Below, piece after piece: positions 51,847-60,844 of a DNA stretch of 64,000 bases; the stretch's first letter is position 1, and each line of letters starts with the position of its first letter. This stretch comes from Syntrophales bacterium (GTDB lineage Bacteria > Desulfobacterota > Syntrophia > Syntrophales > PHBD01). The stretch is from positions 2,112,001 through 2,176,000 of the forward strand of contig OY764159.1 in the NCBI GenBank assembly GCA_963668175.1, given 5' to 3'. A program made the position numbers and the translations under genes. The notes beneath the pieces were generated by a model. That model ran no database searches, was not told the origin of the DNA, and saw only the letters and a program-made list of their open reading frames with translations.

Positions 51847-51869
51847 TTATTCGGAACCATTCCGAATTA
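51847..51869. promoter_or_regulatory. Putative autoregulatory PerR/Fur operator
   Basis: TTATTCGGAACCATTCCGAATTA directly upstream of the regulator start. Confidence 0.65.
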
Positions 51870-52128
51870 CGTTTTAATGTAAACATTGCTTCATCGGCTG
51901 TCAAGGCGTTTTATTGTTCATATGGAAAGTGATCACGAGAACGCGGCGTCATGCCGCACGGACGGGAATATGAACGGAAACGACACGCTGACAGGGGACA
52001 TATGCGAAACGGAATGCGGCTCATGTCGCGCCGCTGACGGCAAGACGAAGTTCGGATGCAGAGGCGTTTAGCGCTCCACACCGGATTTGAAGGTCCGCCA
52101 TGAAAGGCTGTCCGGTTCTGACGGCATT

Positions 52129-52161
52129 AAAAAAAGGCAGAGGCGCTTCCGCCCCTGCCTT
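52129..52161 (-). terminator. Rho-independent terminator
   Basis: AAGGCAG.GGCG/CGCC.CTGCCTT stem plus T tract on the minus strand. Confidence 0.7.
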
Positions 52162-52188
52162 CTCCATATTCAAAATCCGAATGGATAT

Positions 52189-52872
52189 TTATTTCCGAAA
52201 TCTCTTCCTGGCAACCGCAACGCCGGCCAGACCCAGACCGAGGAGCAGCATTGTCGCGGGCTCAGGTGCCGGTACGATGGAGATGTCATCGATATATTGG
52301 GTCAGCGAACGGCATTCCGCAGCGTCTCGTGTAATTAAGATGTCGATGGTGTGTTGCCCTGCGGACACAAAAGCGTCGAAATCCAACTCGCCGCGCTGTA
52401 CGGTTCCGGCAACGATTGAGCCGACAGAGAAGGTGTCGAGAAGTATGCCGTCCAGCAGAAGGGAAAATGTTCCGCCATCCAAATTGTAGCCGCCGTAGAG
52501 CGTGGAATTATTGACCGCCACGTTGGCATGCAGGGATATCCACCCTCCGGAAAAATTCACGGACTGCCTGATGCCGCCGCCCTCGGTTGGCATGGGGCAA
52601 TAATATCCGGGAACTGAACAGGGGGCTATGTGGTATCCCACGCTCACGGCCAGGGCCGGAGAACTGACGCCGGAGCCGGCAACGTCAAAATTTGATACGG
52701 TTGGGAGGTTTGTTCCCAGAGTGCCATTGGTTGTGGTATAGGTCGTCCACGGATCCAGATTGCCCGTCTCAAAATCCCCGTTGACGAGCGCTGCTTGTGC
52801 GGTGCCTAAAGAAAGAACAATCATCAACAGAACGAGGCCAACTTGTCTTAGAAACACATCGCGTCGATTCAT
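52189..52872 (-). CDS. PEP-CTERM protein
   Basis: Signal peptide, LVNGDFETG, APEPATMLLLGLGLAGVAVARKRFRK. Confidence 0.92.
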   Translation of the reverse strand: MNRRDVFLRQVGLVLLMIVLSLGTAQAALVNGDFETGNLDPWTTYTTTNGTLGTNLPTVSNFDVAGSGVSSPALAVSVGYHIAPCSVPGYYCPMPTEGGGIRQSVNFSGGWISLHANVAVNNSTLYGGYNLDGGTFSLLLDGILLDTFSVGSIVAGTVQRGELDFDAFVSAGQHTIDILITRDAAECRSLTQYIDDISIVPAPEPATMLLLGLGLAGVAVARKRFRK

Positions 52873-53231
52873 AGGACCCCCCGGTTCCCCCATTATTTCG
52901 CAAGTGGTTTACTCCCCTGCTTTTGCCATATATTCCTATAAATAGCAAATATTATTCTAATATTTTTTAAAAACAATATAGATATTAAGCCCTTAATAAC
53001 CATATAACGTCACTCCACTTATCATGCCGAGGTGACGCGGAAAGGTGAGGGTAAGTATGTGTAGCCGACATCACACTCCCTGTCCCTGCTTCCCCTCCAA
53101 CTGAACAGAAGCATACCGCTTGACGCTGACTCTCCCGGCATGATCCGTCAGAGTCACTATCTGAAACGTGGAATGGATTAAATGATGAAGCGAACCGAGA
53201 CTTCAGGAAGATATCTGCATAACGCGCCGTT

Positions 53232-54614
53232 TTACAGCACCAGCTCTTCGATGAAGGCGATGAGCTGGTTGACGTTGCCGCAGACGCGGACTTCGTGGCA
53301 GTGCCGGGCGTAGGTGTAGATTTCGCTGTCGGCCGTGCCCCAGAGGTTCTCCGCCTCGGGGTTCAGCCAGATGACGCGTCGGCAACGGTCCCGCATCTCG
53401 CCCAGGATCGCGTCCTCGGGGTGCGTATAGTTCCCCCGCCCGTCGCCGACGACGATGAGCGTCGTCCTCTTCGTGAGCAGCTCCATGTACGACCGCTTGA
53501 AGTGGCGGAAGGTCTCGCCGTAATCGGTCTGCGCGTTGTAGCGGACGTCCGCGTTCTTCGTGACGATGCCGATCGCCTCTTCGATGCCGTGTTCCGCGAA
53601 GATGTCCGTCACATCCGTCAGCCTGTCGACGAAGACGAAGCTGTTCACCTTGTCGAAGCAGTCCTGGAGGGAGTAGAGGAGGTTGAGCATGAAGCGGGCC
53701 GCCGTCCAGACGGAGCTGGACACGTCGCACAGCGTGACGATGCGGCTTTTGCGCAGGGCCTTCCGGCGGTACCGGATCTCGATGGGGACGCCGGTGTACT
53801 TGGCCGCCGACCGCAGCGTCTTCTTGACGTCCAGGTTGCCCCGGTCGCGCACCGCGAAGCGGCGGCTGACGACGTTCCGGAGTTTCCTCACCAGCTTGTC
53901 GACGGCCTCCCGCATCTCCTCGACTTCCCCGCGCGTGAAGGACGAGAAGTCCTTCTCCCCCAGCTCCTTCAGGCGCTGTTCGTGGGTCTGGACGGTCCGC
54001 GTCCCGGTGTCGCTGCCCGGTTCGTACATCAGGATGGAGCGGGCGGAGGCCAGCCGTTCGTCGACGTGGGCGGCAAGCTCGCGGCGCTGCGTGGGAGCCA
54101 TGCTCAGATCGTCGCTATCCAGGAGGGCCGAGGCGGCGGAGGCGGTCCGGATGATCTGCATGAGGACGTTCATGCGGCTCGCGAGCGGCCCGAAATTGAA
54201 CCGGGCCGATGCCTCCGGGGCATCCGACTCCTGGTGGATGCGGCGCATTTCGGCGAGGAGCGGCAGCGGATTGCCCGCCACGAAGTCCACCACCGCGCCG
54301 TAGACCGGGTTGTCGTCGGGCTTCTCCCTGAGGAGCTTCGCCGCCTTCCGGATGTGCTCGGCCTGATCGGCGGCCTGCCGCATATCGCCCGCGTTCACGC
54401 GCATTTCATGGAAGAAGAGACGGTAGAGGCGGTCGAAGTGAGGAATCTCCCGGACGCTCTTGGCAAAGTTGGCGCGGAGCAGCGCCCTGAACTGCAGTTC
54501 GTCCGTCGGGTCGATCAGTTCCATCTGCCGGAAGCTGTCGAGGACCTCCGCGGTGGAGATGCGCAGGCCGGAGGCCCGGCAGCAGGAAGCGAATTGCTGG
54601 ATAAGCTTGACCAT
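53232..54614 (-). CDS. VWA-domain CoxE-like protein
   Basis: LCDVSSSV MIDAS-like motif, TDYG, IVVGDGRGN, IWLNPE. Confidence 0.9.
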   Translation of the reverse strand: MVKLIQQFASCCRASGLRISTAEVLDSFRQMELIDPTDELQFRALLRANFAKSVREIPHFDRLYRLFFHEMRVNAGDMRQAADQAEHIRKAAKLLREKPDDNPVYGAVVDFVAGNPLPLLAEMRRIHQESDAPEASARFNFGPLASRMNVLMQIIRTASAASALLDSDDLSMAPTQRRELAAHVDERLASARSILMYEPGSDTGTRTVQTHEQRLKELGEKDFSSFTRGEVEEMREAVDKLVRKLRNVVSRRFAVRDRGNLDVKKTLRSAAKYTGVPIEIRYRRKALRKSRIVTLCDVSSSVWTAARFMLNLLYSLQDCFDKVNSFVFVDRLTDVTDIFAEHGIEEAIGIVTKNADVRYNAQTDYGETFRHFKRSYMELLTKRTTLIVVGDGRGNYTHPEDAILGEMRDRCRRVIWLNPEAENLWGTADSEIYTYARHCHEVRVCGNVNQLIAFIEELVL

Positions 54615-54656
54615 GAATCAGAGACTTTCATATGACAGGCCGCGCCCCCCGCATGG

Positions 54657-54844
54657 GGGGTGTTGAAAAACGCCCATCTGTTACTTGCCCCCTTCAGGGG
54701 GGGCTTTTGCGCGTCCCCTAAAGGGGATAAATCACCTAAAGGTGACAAGCCTTGCATCTGGACATTTTTGAACCCCCTGAAGGGGGCGAGCAACCTGCGT
54801 TCCCCCTGCATAGGGGGTTCAAAAGCGAGTTTTTCAACAAGCTG
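54657..54844. mobile_element. MITE-like element with terminal IRs and multiple internal hairpins, between MoxR and VWA
   Basis: TGTTGAAAAAC ... GTTTTTCAACA IRs; internal CCCCC/GGGGG, TCCCCT/AGGGGA and TCACCT/AGGTGA hairpins. Confidence 0.7.
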
Positions 54845-54880
54845 TTAAATCCCGATAGCTCCGGCGGCGCCCCCCGCCTG

Positions 54881-55789
54881 TCAGGGGACGACGCGGTCCA
54901 TGTGCTTGCGCACCTTCTCCATGTCCGCCCGGTACTTGCAGATGACGTTCAGCGTCTCCGAAACGACCTCAGGCGTCAGCTCCGCGATTTGCAGGGCCAG
55001 GAGCGACTGCGCCCAGTCCAGCGTTTCCGAGATGCTGGGGCTCTTCTTGAGATCGAGGCCGCGGATTTTGCGGATGGCGGAAACCAGCGCGGCGCAAAGC
55101 TTTGCCTCGATGCCGGGGATCTTCAGGCGGACGATGGCGATCTCCGTATCCTCGGCGGGGTAGTCGATGTAGAGGTGGACGCAGCGGCGCTTGAGGGCGT
55201 CGCTCATGTCTCGGTAGTTGTTGGACGTAAGGAGCACGAAGGGGATCTTCACGGCCTTGCGGGTGCCCAGCTCCGGGATGGACACCTGGAAGTCGCTTAA
55301 AAGCTCAAGAAGGAAGGCCTCGAACTCCGGGTCGGACTTGTCGACTTCGTCCAGAAGCAGCACCACCGGCTCCTTCGAGCTGATCGCCTGCAGGAGCGGG
55401 CGCGGCTGGATGAAGCGGTCGGAGAAGAAGGCGTCCTCCTGGGCGCCGATCTGGTCCACCGCCTCCGTCAGGGTCGCCGTGGGGGCGATGATGTCGTTGA
55501 TGCGGTCTTTCACCATCTGCGTGTAGAGGAGCTGCTTCGCGTACTCCCATTCGTAGAGGGCCTTGGCCTCGTCCAGCCCCTCGTAGCACTGGAGGCGGAT
55601 CAGCTCGCGGCCGAGGCTCCGGGCGACGGCCTTGGCCAGTTCCGTCTTGCCGACGCCCGCCGGCCCTTCGATCAGGACGGGCTTCTGCGTCGCCTGCGCC
55701 AGGAAGACGACCGTCGCGATCTCCCGCGACGGAATATAGCCCGCCTCCGCGAGCCTCTTCTCCACATCGTCGACACTCCGGTAATCCAT
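54881..55789 (-). CDS. MoxR/CoxD-family AAA+ ATPase
   Basis: EGPAGVGKTE, IRLQCYEGLD, LLDEVDK, DALKRRC; start MDYRSV. Confidence 0.95.
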   Translation of the reverse strand: MDYRSVDDVEKRLAEAGYIPSREIATVVFLAQATQKPVLIEGPAGVGKTELAKAVARSLGRELIRLQCYEGLDEAKALYEWEYAKQLLYTQMVKDRINDIIAPTATLTEAVDQIGAQEDAFFSDRFIQPRPLLQAISSKEPVVLLLDEVDKSDPEFEAFLLELLSDFQVSIPELGTRKAVKIPFVLLTSNNYRDMSDALKRRCVHLYIDYPAEDTEIAIVRLKIPGIEAKLCAALVSAIRKIRGLDLKKSPSISETLDWAQSLLALQIAELTPEVVSETLNVICKYRADMEKVRKHMDRVVP

Positions 55790-56156
55790 GAATAACGTCG
55801 TCCTTTCCTTGCGATACATATCCGGCGGCACGTGCCCGGGTACAGGGCGCAAGACCGCGCCGTCGCCTGCCGCCTGAGGATACCACCGGGGCCGCCGGAT
55901 GCCCAGCAAAATCTATCTCTTGGAAAAACGGGGGGTTAACGGGGCGGACAGATGCCAATCCGGAGAAAGTGCGGGCCTCGGAGGGATATCAAAAAAACGG
56001 ACGGAAAGCGGGCGGAAACGGAAAGACGAGACCGGTTGGCGAATCATGGGCGTCGGGATAATTCCGGGGACACCACACTTAATTATTATAATAAAATAAA
56101 GTGAACCGTCGCCGTTGCCGCCCGGCCGGAAACACCCTTCCCCGGAACCCTTTCCC

Positions 56157-56837
56157 CTAACGCACGGGCTGGTTTTCAGGGCGTATCCATTGGGGGAGGA
56201 TGGATTTCTCGATCCTGACCTTCTGCAATGCGGGGTATTCGGAAAGGTACAGCTTCATATCCTCCTCGAATCTATCTTCGGCAACAACATCGTAAGTCCC
56301 CGTGGAAGCGCCGACCACCGCCTGATCGATCAGCGGTACGACTTTTCCCGCTCTTTCTTCGCTGTCGCTTTTCCTTTCCCGCAGCACGACGTCAAGATGT
56401 CCCAGGTAGATCACGGCGTTCGGTTTGATCTCCAGTTTATAATTCAGCGGAACGGAGCCGCCGCCGGTAATCGGGAAATGATCGTATGCCGCGCCGATGC
56501 TGTGAAAGGTGTACGCGCCTCCCGCAAGCTCAAAACTCAGCAGGTATTCGTTGAAGCTGTTCTCCACGCTTTTTATCCGGTAAGGAATGTCGGCCCTGTA
56601 GAAGCTGCTCCTCGACCCGTGGTCGCATCGCTCCGATTGCGGGCAGATAAGCGCGCCCATGATATCCAGCTGGTAGCCCGGCTTGTGCTGGTTCGCAATC
56701 TTGACCGAAAGCAGGGCCAGCGATTTTTTGGAGACGTCAATGTCCGTCTGGCCCTTGGTGAGCGCCATGTTGCCGCCCGCGCAACCCGCCATGACGAAGA
56801 CGGAACACAAGACGATAAGAAACCTTCGACTGATCAT
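56157..56837 (-). CDS. Lipoprotein of unknown function (cassette 1)
   Basis: RBS GGGAGG, MISRRFLIVLCSVFVMAGC lipobox. Confidence 0.8.
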   Translation of the reverse strand: MISRRFLIVLCSVFVMAGCAGGNMALTKGQTDIDVSKKSLALLSVKIANQHKPGYQLDIMGALICPQSERCDHGSRSSFYRADIPYRIKSVENSFNEYLLSFELAGGAYTFHSIGAAYDHFPITGGGSVPLNYKLEIKPNAVIYLGHLDVVLRERKSDSEERAGKVVPLIDQAVVGASTGTYDVVAEDRFEEDMKLYLSEYPALQKVRIEKSILPQWIRPENQPVR

Positions 56838-57007
56838 AACCCCTCCCGGCCAACGCCTCATCCATGATATCGGGGAATTCGTGAATTCGGGGGGCACCAC
56901 ACTCATTTAACAAAATTCCCCTGCCTGGCGGTTAATAATTAAGTATGACGTCCCCGGAATTACGACTGCCTGGCGGTTTATAATTAAGTATGGTGTCCCT
57001 GAATTGA

Positions 57008-57491
57008 CGATCTGGTCCACCGCCTCCGTCAGGGTCGCGGTGGGGGCGATGATGTCGTTGATGCGGTCCTTCACCATCTGCGTGTAGAGGAGCTGCTTGG
57101 CGTACTCCCATTCGTAGAGGGCCTTGGCCTCGTCCAGCCCCTCGTAGCACTGGAGGCGGATCAGCTCGCGGCCGAGGCTCCGGGCGACGGCCTTGGCCAG
57201 CTCCGTCTTGCCGACGCCCGCCGGCCCCTCGATCAGGACGGGCTTCTGCGTCGCCTGCGCCAGGAAGACGACCGTCGCAATCTCCCGCGAGGGGATGTAG
57301 CCCGCCTCCGTCAGCCTCTTCTCCACATCGTCGACACTCCGGTAATCCATGAATAACGTCGTCCTTTCCCTGCGATACATATCCGGCGGCACAAGCCCGG
57401 TTACAGGGCGCACAACCGCGCCGCCGCCTGCCGCCTGAGGATACCACCGGGGCCGCCGGATGCCCAGCAAAATATATCATTGGGAAAAACG
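57008..57491 (-). pseudogene. Truncated second allele of the MoxR 5' region plus upstream DNA (cassette 2), homologous to 55447-55930
   Basis: Bounded on both sides by the palindromic repeats; stops at ...AVDQI. Confidence 0.93.
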
Positions 57492-57603
57492 TCTGAATTT
57501 GGGGGACACCACGCTCATTTATCAGAATTCCCCTGCATGGCGGTTTATAATTAAGTATGGTGTCCCCCGAATTACGTTTGCGCCTGATTGCTGTGCGGCG
57601 ATA

Positions 57604-58134
57604 TTAGTAACGGCGCCGACGTATATTAACGCAGAGCCAGCAATTATTTTGATGTTGTACCAACTCAATCTTGAAATGGGGACTTCTTCGGATGCCGAAT
57701 CTATAAGGATAGAATTTGAATTCACGTGCCATTTGGGGAAAACGAAGTTTTAGACCGTCGACATACCGAGTGACACTTGGCTTATCAAGCCACGGACCAG
57801 TTTGTGGGTGTGGATCTTTGTATACGATGACTTGCCCTTTGGAGTCTCTGTAAATCGCAGTGGCACTATCTGGAAGAGATGCTGGAAATACGTCGTAAGG
57901 GCCACAAATTCTGTGGTGGGTAGTTGATGCCCTGAAATATGGTGCATCCTCAAAGAATACCTTTGTGCCATCTTCATAAGCAGTGAAACCTTCGCCTGAT
58001 TTTGTAAGCAATGGAAGGTGCTTTTCTGTCAGTCCAAAAAGTTGTTCTTTATCGCATTCCTCCCAAAACCATGTGCGCCAGTAATCATGACCATTCCTAC
58101 TGACAACGGAGGCTTCATATGACCAAGGCATCAT
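57604..58134 (-). CDS. Hypothetical protein (cassette 3)
   Basis: Low GC; RBS AAGGAG; fills the space between two repeats. Confidence 0.6.
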   Translation of the reverse strand: MMPWSYEASVVSRNGHDYWRTWFWEECDKEQLFGLTEKHLPLLTKSGEGFTAYEDGTKVFFEDAPYFRASTTHHRICGPYDVFPASLPDSATAIYRDSKGQVIVYKDPHPQTGPWLDKPSVTRYVDGLKLRFPQMAREFKFYPYRFGIRRSPHFKIELVQHQNNCWLCVNIRRRRY

Positions 58135-58305
58135 CAATCTCCTTTTCTGGAAAGTTCAAGCACTTTCCAATTAATATTACAAACAAATGGTGCAAATGAC
58201 GGAATTCGGGAATTCGGGGAACATCCATATTCATTTGTCTGAATTCCCCTGCCTGGCGGTTAATAATTAAGTATGACGTCCCCGGAATTGTGCTGTGGTT
58301 GGGAT

Positions 58306-58857
58306 TTAATAAAATCTTTTGTTCATAGCTTTCTTATAAACGTTCTCTAGATCAAACGTTACAGGATCTCTCTCCCCATCATCTGTTGAATTATCAATTA
58401 AATTGAACGCTATACCACCATTTTCAATTTCACCCAAAAAGCACAATTCTTTTTTTGAGGCTCTTCTGGCTAAGGCAAACTCTCCATGATCGCCTAAATA
58501 ATTATCCTTAAAGTCATCATCCCATTCGGGAACTGCTAGAACATAGACTTTATATTTGTTTTGCTGTGGGGATCCTATTATTAAAAGATATTTTTTATTA
58601 GTTTGCCGACTAAATACTTCTATTTTTTTATCATCATGCCATTCATATCCGTCAGGTTTTATTTCTATCCAACAACTGTAATCAGGGAGATAAAAATCAG
58701 GTAAGTACCATGTACCATCAATATCAAATCCTTCAACTTCATATTGATATTCTATTTCGAGTTCATCAAAGAACACCGCCCAGCGCGCTTCTAATCTACT
58801 ACGAAATTTGATGCCGTTATAATTTGTTTCAATAGTTTTTATCATTTTCCATCCCAA
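58306..58857 (-). CDS. Phage-type PD-(D/E)XK nuclease-like protein (cassette 4)
   Basis: FRSRLEARWAVFFD...YE.EG...YLPDFYLP...WIEIKP. Confidence 0.75.
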   Translation of the reverse strand: MGWKMIKTIETNYNGIKFRSRLEARWAVFFDELEIEYQYEVEGFDIDGTWYLPDFYLPDYSCWIEIKPDGYEWHDDKKIEVFSRQTNKKYLLIIGSPQQNKYKVYVLAVPEWDDDFKDNYLGDHGEFALARRASKKELCFLGEIENGGIAFNLIDNSTDDGERDPVTFDLENVYKKAMNKRFY

Positions 58858-58932
58858 CGATTAATATACCAACTTGGTTTATGCGATTTCCGGAGGCAAT
58901 ATTACGTCCCTGAATTGTTCGGAATTGGCAAG

Positions 58933-59469
58933 TCATTTTTTAATAATGCATCTTTGTAGATGCTCTTGAACTTCTCTCGGAAATTCATTGGCAGCTATTG
59001 AATCATCAAATAGCCACTTAAAATAAATAACCACTATATATCGTAGATCCCACATTGAAAAAATTGAATTATCAATTTCAATGTAAATTTCTGGTTTATT
59101 ATCGAAATATGATCTCCAGTCGCCCACTATAGGCGGGTAGGTTTTCTTCACCGGTGTTTTCTCATAATTTTTTTTTCGTAGAATCATATGCTTACTACCA
59201 TTGGTTAAATCTTTAAAAGCTTTTAACAACACCTGCATTTCAGATGTAGTACGTCCTTTTTTTTGACGAGCTAATCTGGGGCGATTCTGATCTTCGTCAA
59301 TCCAGTCATCATATAAGTGCCATGCAGTCACGAAAAAATTAAAACAATCATAAGGATTGCATTCCTCGCTCAATTTTTTATCTTCATAGAGCAGCTTCAT
59401 CAACATATCGTAACTACTACTTATTCCATAATCAAAATGTGGCGTATTATTTTCTATCAAGTCATTCAT
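58933..59469 (-). CDS. Hypothetical protein, possibly HEPN-like (cassette 5)
   Basis: NFFVTAWHL.D.W and KDLTNGSKH motifs; very low GC. Confidence 0.6.
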   Translation of the reverse strand: MNDLIENNTPHFDYGISSSYDMLMKLLYEDKKLSEECNPYDCFNFFVTAWHLYDDWIDEDQNRPRLARQKKGRTTSEMQVLLKAFKDLTNGSKHMILRKKNYEKTPVKKTYPPIVGDWRSYFDNKPEIYIEIDNSIFSMWDLRYIVVIYFKWLFDDSIAANEFPREVQEHLQRCIIKK

Positions 59470-59636
59470 ATGATTTATAAATTCTATGCCATACAGAATT
59501 CGGGGGACACATACTCATTTATCTGAATTCTCCTGAATGGCGGTTAATCATTAAGTATGGACGTCCCCTGAATTGGCGCACTTTTCAGAATAAACACATC
59601 AGCAATATCATAAACGCAAGGGCTTAAATTCCGCGT

Positions 59637-59909
59637 TTACTTCACGAAGTCTCTTAGTGCCTTACCGGCTTTGAACGTAGGAACTTTCTTGGCCGCAATT
59701 TTAATTGTTTTTCCAGTCTGTGGATTTCTTCCTTCTCTGGCCTTTCGCTTTGCAACAGAGTATGTGCCGAAACCAACAATCGTCACGGCGCTATCTCTTT
59801 TCATTGCGCCTTGAATGGCCTGATGATAACAATCAATGCAGCGGCTGGCCTGGGCTTTCGTAACTCCGGCACAACCAGCCACAAATGAAACGACATCTGC
59901 TTTATTCAT
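59637..59909 (-). CDS. HU-family DNA-binding protein
   Basis: MNKADVV, VGFGTY, RKAREGRNPQTG, VPTFKAGKALRD. Confidence 0.92.
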   Translation of the reverse strand: MNKADVVSFVAGCAGVTKAQASRCIDCYHQAIQGAMKRDSAVTIVGFGTYSVAKRKAREGRNPQTGKTIKIAAKKVPTFKAGKALRDFVK

Positions 59910-60516
59910 TTTTGCCCCTCCCCTTTTCGCTCTGCAACTGGAATTTGAGAGCCGCGATTTCTCTATCCCGCCGATCAATCTCCGCTTTCGATTGTTCAAT
60001 TTGTGATTTCAGCAAATACACTTCTCTTTTCAAATCGTTATTGGAAGGCTTAATATAATTCACATAGGCCCACGCGGACGAAGCGACGACCGCAACAACG
60101 GATACAGTGAACGTAGCCAGCTTCCACGGTTTGGCTTTCTTCGCCTCCAATATGTCAAGCCTTTCTTTCGTTGACAGCACGCCTGTGAGCTCCCAATGAT
60201 GCCTGCATTTCACCGGCATGTTTTCGGGATCTTTTAAATAGCCTCCCAGGCAAGTCCGCTTCACAGCCTTACGTATCAGAGACGTATCGCACTCTTCGCC
60301 GTTGTCGAATTTGGCAATTTCATCTTCTATAATCTTCTGGTCCTCGCGATCCAGAGTTTCTATAGAGTGGTCTTCGACGTACAAGTAGCAATTGTTCAAG
60401 CAATTTGGCAAGAATGGCCTCCTGGTACCTTCAGGAAACTGGTTCAACGCGAACGCGAGAGATAGGAAATGCAGTGAGATGTGAAAAACTTTGAACCGAT
60501 TTATGAGGCTTGTCAA
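59902..60516 (-). CDS. Hypothetical membrane-anchored coiled-coil protein (start uncertain)
   Basis: One TM segment plus coiled coil; stop overlaps the HU start. Confidence 0.55.
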   Translation of the reverse strand: MTSLINRFKVFHISLHFLSLAFALNQFPEGTRRPFLPNCLNNCYLYVEDHSIETLDREDQKIIEDEIAKFDNGEECDTSLIRKAVKRTCLGGYLKDPENMPVKCRHHWELTGVLSTKERLDILEAKKAKPWKLATFTVSVVAVVASSAWAYVNYIKPSNNDLKREVYLLKSQIEQSKAEIDRRDREIAALKFQLQSEKGRGKNE

Positions 60517-60844
60517 GATGAAATATCAGTAAAATCAATAAAAAGATATGCAATCAGCCTCTAGTAATCTTGCGGGCGGGGATATGAGGGGAGGAAGAAG
60601 AAAAGAGGTTTTAAGAAACGGACATGGTGAAACATAGATCATTTATTCACGACTATTAATTGGCATCAACAAGATACTCGACGGAGGTGATTAATGACTA
60701 CAGGAAAAATCCTTGATTCGCGATGGGGTTTGCGGCTGCCGTCGGGAATGTCTTATTTCCGGCAAGGGACGCATGGTCCCGCCGGTCTTTCCCTCCCGCC
60801 GGCCGCCGGCCTGGCCCGGCGCGGTCGCCGTTCCCGGCTGCCGT

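Larger units (their letters stand above)
56060..59574. repeat. Family of ~80-bp imperfect palindromic repeats delimiting gene cassettes: 56060-56113 (partial), 56883-56961, 56966-57005 (right half), 57495-57573, 58210-58289, 58885-58916 (collapsed), 59496-59574
   Basis: Consensus GAATTCGGGGGACACCACACTCATTT-(N)-GAATTCCCCTGCCTGGCGGTT(A/T)ATAATTAAGTATG(GT/AC)GTCCCC.GAATT, all in the same orientation. Confidence 0.92.

Noticed and set aside
55447..57491. DGR template/variable repeat pair
   Set aside because: Differences are third-position synonymous changes, not adenine-specific; no reverse transcriptase in the window
56060..59574. Classical integron attC sites or CRISPR repeats
   Set aside because: No RYYYAAC/GTTRRRY ends and no intI in the window; intervening segments are 0.5-0.8-kb genes, not spacers
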